DNA of 57,211 nt from Vairimorpha necatrix. Lineage: Eukaryota. Both the position numbers and the translations under genes were made by a program. The stretch is taken from the NCBI GenBank assembly GCA_036630325.1, contig CP142734.1, positions 1,054,001 through 1,111,211 of the forward strand, given 5' to 3'. Under the pieces are notes generated by a model. It was not told the origin of the DNA and did no database searches. It saw nothing but the letters and a program-made list of their open reading frames with translations. Of this stretch, positions 48,199 through 57,211 are shown piece by piece. Each line of letters starts with the position of its first letter. Positions within the stretch are counted from its first letter, which is position 1.

Positions 48199-51100
48199 TC
48201 TTATATCCGGCATGAAACCTGATCCGAAGTTGAAGTGGTGAGTTCAAACTTACATATGATTTATATTATTTGTTTGTTTTGCTGCTCATCGTAATTGTAG
48301 GTCAAGGGTAAATTCCGTTTAAATAGTCACTTAGATTAACTGTCAAACTCTTTGAGATGTAAACAAACAAACATGAAACCGAAGTTCTACTGAATTAGTA
48401 GTACTTCATGTGACATGCACTTGTCTTACTTTTAGTTTGTGAATGTCAAACATGTCTAATGTTTATTTACAATACTCTGAGATGTTTGACAGCACCAACA
48501 AAAATTGTTTAATTATAAGCAAGTCTCGTTTGTGCAGGTCTGCAGCCTCACACATCTGAATAAATATTATAATTGTTATTTCGAAATTTTTTTTGCACAA
48601 TTTAGTACATTTTTTTAGAGGTTGCCAACGTATGTATCTGTATAATTAATATTTTAAGAAATTTAGATTTTTTTGTCTTTTCATATGAGTACGTAAGTAT
48701 ATAATTTGCTGTATATAAAATAATTATGAAACGCATTATGTGCAGAATCGACATAAAAATAAAAAATTGAAGTAAAGTTAAACATATTAATTCGGCTTTG
48801 GACAAATACGTTAATTAAACTATATTTATTTCTTTTTTCAAGATAAAAACATATTTTTCAAAACAAGTAAATTAGATTATTTCAACAAGAAATTAAAACA
48901 CAATCATTGCGTAATTAAATTACAAAAATGCCTGACACTATATATTAATCATTTAAGACATATAATTTAGTATAAAAATATATTTGAAGAATAAATTAGG
49001 ATATATTATATACAAAAAATAAGATTATAAATTTATCTAAAATAATTTAGGTATATGCATTAAAGTATTTAAATAAATGTTAAAAAACCAAAACTTGATA
49101 AACTAAAGTCAAAGGTTTTTTGGAAACGTGTATTAACGATTACATCATAAGGACAGTTGTCGAAGTTTAATTGTCAAATATTCACCAACAACGTTCCAAC
49201 ACACCAATAATACAACAAAAAATGAAAAATTTACAATATGTGTTTATCCATGCAAAATAATTAACCTTTAACTTACGTGGCTAAAAAATTATTACAATAA
49301 AAATAAAATTTAAAAAAAAAGTTTGTAGATGAAGGGCAAGGAATATCTATGAAGCAAGTACATAATCATAAAGTTATTAATAGTAAAATATTTTTAGCCT
49401 TCTAACTTAAGGTAGCAAAGTTTTATCTATAAAGAACCGAGAAATAAAGGAAAAATAAGAACGAGAATGTTGGTTGAAAGAAAAGAAATTTCACAAATTT
49501 ATAAACGAACTCTACAATCTATCTAAATACAACATAGGTAATAACAAAAACTTTAAATTTGATCTTTTCATTTTTTTTTGGTATAAGTACAAAAGCAAAT
49601 AAATAAAATTTCTTTTACGGTTAAAAATAGAATGAGTAAGAAGTGATACAAATAATATTTATTTATTATAACTAGATAGTAAAAGGATTATATAGAAAAG
49701 ATATACATATGATCCATACATATTGCTTTGCTAGATAAATACATAAGAATTCAAAATAAAGATATACGATCAAGATATTTTATGAAATATAATTTTCTTT
49801 TATATTAAAATCTACGCCAAGATAAACAAAAATAATACATAATATTGCGTATAGTATTATTTAAGTACAATTAACACAAACAATGAAGTTTATTAATTAT
49901 CTAAAACATATCAGAGGATTTTATAAATGAAAATTATATAAAAAAATCAACTATATTATATTTATATATGATCAATATGTATACTATTAAGTATAATAAT
50001 TACTAATGATAAAAAACGAAAAACAAATATTGTATAAAGTTTTAAATGAATTTCGATTAACCTCGTATTTTACATTTTTTTGGTTGATAGAATTCTAAAG
50101 AAGTTTCATTTATAAAACATTGTAGACTTTTGAAATTGAAGTTGGTAAAAAACAAATGTCACAAATATTACTTTGTTGTTTACAATCATATTGACCACAC
50201 AAAATTAGAAATTTTGACCAAAAAATTCTAAAAAGTAAAATCATTCATACTAGTATCATAATTATAAAAATATATTATTTTATTATTAATTTCAAATAAA
50301 TAAGAACAATTCAATATAAAAATCTATCGGTTAAATATTTGATAATCGCTCTTTTGTTATATATATACTTTCTAAATCCGTTAAGTATAATATTTTTATA
50401 TAATAATTTGATCAAAATTTAAGTATGAAAATCGAAATATTAAAAAGAGGTCATTTACGAAAGAAAAAAAAATCCAAATTCAATCAACAATATCGTAAAA
50501 TTATATATTCATTTAGAAATCATTTATTTAATCTATAATTAGAAGAATTGAAGAAAATTATATTAAATTAACAATATAAAATAAGACCTATTCATTGATA
50601 AATCGTTCAGTAAAGGTAAAAGAATTTTACTTAGAAACGACATTTATGTTATTGATTTTAAAAATCCTAGGGAAAACCTACTTGAAAACATTTTCCATAT
50701 TTTTATATAATAAGAAATAATAAGTAAATTTTCAATTATGAATAATTAAATAAAACAATCGCACATACAATTTAATACAAGGTTGTTGTGAATAAAAGTT
50801 TTCGAGATTTTGAAAAAGGCGTCGCATTATTAAAAAAAATAAAACCAGAAATGGGGGGGATAGAAATGCATATAAATCCAATACAGTTAATAACAATGTA
50901 AGAATTAATTATGAAATCTAAATTTATTGTAAAATCTTGTATAGAATAGTTACAAGCAAACAAAATATAAATTTCAAAATTTATATATTTAAGCAGAAAA
51001 TAATTTTAATTTATATTAAGAGTAATAACATAAAATAAAATGTTTATCACTAGCTAATTTAAATTTAAAAACTTACTTATGACATGTTAATACAAGATAA

Positions 51101-54100
51101 ATATTTTTCAATAATAATACTATTTAATATTTCACCTGGACGTTTTTAAGATTATTTACAAAAAAAAATAAAATAAAAGTCTAAAAGTTAGAATTGGATA
51201 TATTAAATATTAACAATATGGTAATACTTCGAAACAAATAAGAATCTTGGAAAAAACACCTAAATAATATTTATATATCGTTAGTCTCAAAATTTTAAAA
51301 GTATTCAAAAGAAATTAAATTTTAGAATATATAATAACTCATTTACACATATTTAAATAAAAAAATAAAAAATTTTATTATTTAGCAAAAAAACGAAATA
51401 TTATAAGTTAAAAGACTAAACTTAAAAATTACTCTTATAAAGTAAAAAATTTCGTTCTTTGTCTTATAATTATCAGATATTTAAAATTTAATAATAAAAA
51501 ATTTGAATATAACCTTTATAGTCAATATTTTTAATGTAAAATAAAATTTAATTTTGATATTATACATTGTCTATAAATCAATAAAAGCGTTAGATTAAAT
51601 CTAAGCATGATAAGGTCAAGAATATTTTTGACTTAATATAAATTTTATAATACACAGAGATTTATCTACAAGTAAAATAAACATAATGCCAATAAAAATC
51701 TTTGAAAAAACTAATATATTTCGAAGCCCAATTTCAATAAAGATAAAAGGGGTTAATATTACAAAAATAATTTTTTAAAAAAAATATATTTAAAGTAGTA
51801 GGATAACTTTTTTTAAAAAAAAACATATTGGACTAAAACTCGTTTTGAAAATAGATATTTTCTTTTAGAATAGTTAATAAAAACATTCAAACTAAACGTT
51901 CAAATAATTTTAGATAAGTAAAAAGAAGAAAATTTTTATACAATTTTTTTTATTGACTAATTAATCTAGAAGTCTCAACCACTAAAACGAAAATAATATT
52001 TTTTGAACATTAAATTGAATTTTATATTTTCAAATTTCTCTCTTAATAATACACATACGACTGATTAAAATAAATAATAGTTTTAGAACATATAACGACT
52101 TAATCTTTTTTTATAAATAATATATCAATCGAACATATAAAATGCAATATATTACACCTACATTATTAAAGATGATGATATATTCAACCTACACGAAAAT
52201 ATATGATTAAATAACGAAAAATTTATAAAAATATTAAAAATAATCTATTAAAAATTTTCATATATTTGTATTTAAAAAGAAACCATATCACGGAGGGTTT
52301 TAAAAATTGTAAATTAAAGTTACTAAATTTCAATCAATTTCTCATAAAGTTTTATAAATGATTTAAATTATTCTTATAGTAAAACATTAAAACTATTTAT
52401 CGCAAGGAAACATAGGAAAGTTCTTCATATCTAAAAACTCATTTTTTTATTCTTAACTTAAGTTTTTAAAATTATTAAAAAAATGTAGCATATATAAACC
52501 AAATAATATCAAGAAAATTCATAAATAAAAATTTAAAGTCTTAAAGAAACATAAAGACACACGACGAAAATAAAATAAAAACATCTATAGAGGAACTTCA
52601 CGAACGACATTCCATTCTGTTATCCTTTATTACAACAGTATTTTGAAATTTTTGGTTGTAATCTGTAAAAAAATTATAAAATACAAAAATTATTTCATTG
52701 GGAATAATATTTAATATCTAAGAAATAAATCTAATAATGGTCAGAAAACATATTAAATATATTTTAAATGATAAGATAATCAATAAATATATATATATAT
52801 ATATATATATACAAATTGTAAATTAAACAAACTAGGCTGTAAATGAATTTCGTATTTCTTCATTTGAATTTTTATAGTAAATATCAGATATTCCACGTAT
52901 TTATTATTAATACTATAATTATAGTAAAAATAAAATCAAAATAAATATAGAATTAGAAAATTTATTGAAATATATCTTACACTAATCCAAGAATTAAAGA
53001 ATATAAATCAATAAGAGCTAAGAAAGGTTAAAAAAAAGTATAAACAAAACCCAATTCAACTAATTAATAGATATTTTTATAAATTTGAGAATAATATAAT
53101 GTAAGAGCGTATAAATTAAAAAACAAATCTTAAATTTAATAATTACAGAAAATATTTTTATGCTTAAACCCAATTACATTTTAAACATAGATGCGGTTGA
53201 CGATTTCTAATTATTATTAAATTATTTTTAATTTAAAGATTAATTGATAAAAAAATATAATAATAAATTGATAAATTAAATTTCAATTATTAAAACAGAA
53301 AAATCTTTATGAATTTTTTTGAATAAACATTTTGATTTTTGTAGAATGAAATCAATCTAATGATTTAATTAAATTTAAAATTTTTTAATAATCCATGAAT
53401 TGGTTTTATATAAAAAATTACAAATTAACATAACACATTAAGTAAAACATTTTCATATAGAATGTTAAGTTACTTTTAAACTATCCGCAATTTTTTACGC
53501 AATAATTTAGAATATACAACATATCTGAATCACAAAAAATCTATCAATATTAACTGGTTATCAAATATATCAAATATGGTTTTCTTCATAAACGAGATTA
53601 TATAAAGATCAAGCAAGAAGTAAATCCAACGGTTATAAAAGAAAATATTTAAGTAGAACAAAACATATAATCAAATATAATTCTTATAAGATGTATTTTT
53701 CAATTATCCAATATTTTCACACCCTCTTATTTTTAAAATATTATATTTCCTGCTATAGAAAATTGAATCCCAAAGAGAACATAAAAAATAGACACAATAT
53801 CATTTGTAATAATAAAAGTCATCCTGACAGTTGGGAAAATACATAGATAAATAAGATTGTACATTAGAAGAAGCCGCATACCTATGATGCAGCCAAGTAG
53901 ATATAAATATTCATAAAAAAATTCAAAAAAACAATTTTTTTCTATTCTTTTTTATTCTATAAAAATAAATTAAATCATATTACTTTAGAATAATCATAAT
54001 TACTTTCATTGATCTATTTTAAAATCACAAAAATTTATATATTTGATATTCAAATGTAATTAGTTATTCGTATTGTATTTTCAAACAAACACTGGAATCT

Positions 54101-54644
54101 AGTCCTTAATGTTTCCAAATTATTACGTCCTTTTACTTTCTTGGAATAATGATTTAATTTTTTTATTCAAAGTGATTATCATAAGCTTTCCTAAAGAGTA
54201 TAAGCTCCTGTTTCTGTATATATGCGTTAGTACATCATTCGAGATTTAAGTTATTCGTATAATATCGCTAAAATATTATTTTTTAGTATAATACGAATAT
54301 TTCCAGTAAAAAAAATTTGTAAAAACACAAGAATGACCTTTTTTTACAATAATATATATTACAAAATAAAGACATAATTTCATACTTTAACAATATTTTT
54401 TTTTCATAAATTTATTCGCAGAATTACACCAAAAATACTTTAAGTTTTAAAAATTAGTAATCTGATTAAAATACTTAAATTAAGAGATAGTTAGTTAAAA
54501 TTTTCTAACATATTTTTAGTTTTTTTTATTTTAGCTACATATTAATTTAATTGATAAATTTTTTAAAAAAAAGATATAGAAAGGTTTAAGGACTATAAGC
54601 TTACTTTTATGTAGGTTAGGTAGGTTATTCTTGTCGTAGAGCTA

Positions 54645-57211
54645 TAGGTAGGTAGGTTAGGTAGGTTAGGTAGGGTAGGTAGGTAGGTAGGTAGGTAGGT
54701 TAGTTAGGTAGGTTAGTTAGGTTAGGTAGTAGGTTAGGTAGTAGGTAGTAGGTTAGGTAGGTAGGATAGGTAGGTAGGTTAGGTAGGTAGGTTAGGTAGG
54801 TAGGTAGGTAGGTTAGGTAGGTTAGGTAGGTGTTTAGGTTAGGTAGGTAGGTAGGTTAGTTAGGTAGGTTAGGTTAGGTAGGTTAGGTAGGTTAGGTTAG
54901 GTTAGGTAGGTTAGGTAGGTAGGTAGGTTAGGTGGTTAGGTTAGGTAGGTAGGTTAGGTAGGTAGTAGGTTAGGTTAGGTAGGTTAGGTAGGTGGTAGGT
55001 AGGTTAGGTAGGTAGGTTAGGTAGGTTAGGTAGTAGGTTTAGGTAGGTAGTAGGTTAGGTTAGTAGGTAGGTAGGTAGGTAGGTTAGGTTAGGTAGGTAG
55101 GTTAGGTTAGGTAGGTTAGGTTAGGTAGGTAGGTTAGGTAGGTAGTAGGTAGGTTAGGTTGGTAGTATAGTAGGTTAGGTAGGTTAGTAGTTTAGGTAGG
55201 TTAGTAGGTTAGGTAGTAGGTTTAGGTAGGTTAGGTAGGTTAGGTAGTAGTAGGTTAGGTAGGTTAGGTAGTAGGTAGGTTAGGTAGGTAGGTTAGGTAG
55301 GTTAGGTAGGTAGGTTTAGGTTAGGTAGGTTAGGTAGTAGGTAGGTTAGGTTAGGTTTTAGGTTAGTTAGGTAGGTTAGGTTAGGTAGGTTAGGTAGGTA
55401 GGTTAGGTAGGTAGGTTAGGTAGGTTAGGTAGTAGGTTAGGTAGGTAGGTTAGGTTTAGGTTAGGTTAGGTAGGTTAGGTTAGGTAGGTAGGTTAGGTTA
55501 GGTTTAGGTAGGTTTAGGTAGGTTAGGTAGGTTAGGTAGGTAGGTAGGTTAGGTAGGTTAGGTAGGTTAGGTAGGTTAGGTAGGTTAGGTAGGTAGGTTA
55601 GGTAGGTAGGTAGGTAGGTAGGTTAGGTTAGGTAGGTTAGGTTAGGTTAGGTTAGGTAGGTTAGGTAGGTTAGGTTAGGTAGGTAGGTTAGGTAGGTAGG
55701 TTAGGTAGGTAGGTAGGTAGGTTAGGTTAGGTAGGTAGGTTAGGTAGGTTAGGTAGGTAGGTTAGGTAGGTTAGGTAGGTTAGGTAGGTTAGGTTAGGTT
55801 AGGTAGGTAGGTAGGTAGGTAGGTTAGGTTAGGTAGGTTAGGTAGGTAGGTAGGTTAGGTAGGTAGGTAGGTTAGGTAGGTTAGGTAGGTTAGGTAGGTT
55901 AGGTAGGTAGGTAGGTAGGTTAGGTAGGTAGGTTAGGTAGGTAGGTTAGGTTAGGTAGGTTAGGTAGGTAGGTAGGTTAGGTAGGTTAGGTAGGTTAGGT
56001 AGGTTAGGTTAGGTTAGGTAGGTTAGGTTAGGTTAGGTTAGGTAGGTTAGGTTAGGTAGGTTAGGTAGGTTAGGTAGGTTAGGTAGGTTAGGTTAGGTAG
56101 GTTAGGTAGGTTAGGTAGGTTAGGTAGGTAGGTTAGGTAGGTTAGGTTAGGTAGGTTAGGTAGGTAGGTTAGGTAGGTTAGGTAGGTTAGGTAGGTAGGT
56201 TAGGTTAGGTTAGGTAGGTTAGGTAGGTTAGGTAGGTAGGTAGGTAGGTAGGTAGGTTAGGTAGGTTAGGTAGGTAGGTAGGTAGGTAGGTAGGTTAGGT
56301 TAGGTAGGTAGGTTAGGTAGGTAGGTTAGGTTAGGTAGGTAGGTAGGTAGGTTAGGTAGGTTAGGTAGGTAGGTAGGTTAGGTAGGTAGGTTAGGTAGGT
56401 AGGTAGGTTAGGTAGGTTAGGTAGGTTAGGTAGGTAGGTTAGGTAGGTTAGGTAGGTTAGGTAGGTAGGTAGGTTAGGTAGGTTAGGTAGGTTAGGTAGG
56501 TTAGGTAGGTAGGTTAGGTAGGTAGGTTAGGTTAGGTAGGTAGGTTAGGTAGGTTAGGTAGGTTAGGTAGGTTAGGTAGGTAGGTTAGGTTAGGTTAGGT
56601 TAGGTAGGTAGGTAGGTAGGTTAGGTAGGTAGGTTAGGTAGGTTAGGTAGGTTAGGTTAGGTTAGGTAGGTAGGTAGGTAGGTAGGTTAGGTAGGTTAGG
56701 TAGGTTAGGTAGGTAGGTTAGGTAGGTTAGGTAGGTTAGGTAGGTTAGGTTAGGTAGGTAGGTTAGGTAGGTTAGGTTAGGTTAGGTAGGTTAGGTAGGT
56801 TAGGTAGGTAGGTTAGGTTAGGTTAGGTAGGTTAGGTAGGTTAGGTAGGTTAGGTAGGTTAGGTAGGTTAGGTAGGTAGGTAGGTTAGGTAGGTAGGTTA
56901 GGTTAGGTAGGTAGGTTAGGTAGGTAGGTTAGGTAGGTTAGGTAGGTTAGGTAGGTTAGGTAGGTAGGTAGGTTAGGTTAGGTTAGGTAGGTTAGGTAGG
57001 TAGGTAGGTAGGTTAGGTAGGTAGGTTAGGTAGGTAGGTAGGTAGGTTAGGTAGGTAGGTAGGTAGGTTAGGTTAGGTAGGTTAGGTAGGTAGGTTAGGT
57101 AGGTTAGGTAGGTAGGTTAGGTAGGTTAGGTAGGTAGGTAGGTAGGTTAGGTAGGTAGGTTAGGTTAGGTAGGTAGGTAGGTTAGGTAGGTTAGGTAGGT
57201 AGGTAGGTAGG
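54645..57211 (+). repeat. Telomeric array of mixed TAGG and TTAGG units (2,567 bp to window end)
   Basis: The G-rich strand runs 5'->3' toward the sequence end. The proximal part has variants (TAG, TTTAGG, TGG, TAGGG); the distal part appears to be only TAGG/TTAGG. A short outlier block lies at 54612-54627. Confidence 0.96.

Noticed and set aside
1279-50963. Remaining 60-95 aa ORFs in the track and (TA)n microsatellites
   Set aside because: Low-complexity F/I/L/K/N/Y content expected by chance in AT-rich DNA, often with non-ATG starts. The microsatellites are ordinary.

Overview
A very AT-rich, gene-poor eukaryotic chromosome end, most likely from a large-genome microsporidian. That assignment is an inference from intronless ORFs with CCC/GGG motifs just before the ATG, the Merlin/Ty3/R4/Helitron repertoire and a TTAGG-type telomere. 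The window ends in about 2.6 kb of telomere built from an irregular mix of TAGG and TTAGG units. The subtelomere holds no recognisable housekeeping gene or rDNA. It contains two orphan signal-peptide genes (one pseudogenised), three Merlin/ISXO2 elements (one near-intact with a 9-bp TSD, one MITE, one decayed), a 5'-truncated R4/Dong-like non-LTR retrotransposon, an intact Helitron RepHel gene with a canonical 3' end, solo-LTR-like repeats, a dimeric ~159-bp satellite and a tRNA-like relic. The most unusual items are: (i) a 3,066-bp Ty3/gypsy element with 38-bp LTRs, PBS, PPT and no protease domain; (ii) the two-unit TAGG/TTAGG telomere; (iii) a ~325-nt rod-like fold-back upstream of the Helitron; (iv) a pseudoknot topology possibly shared by two solo-LTR-like elements.
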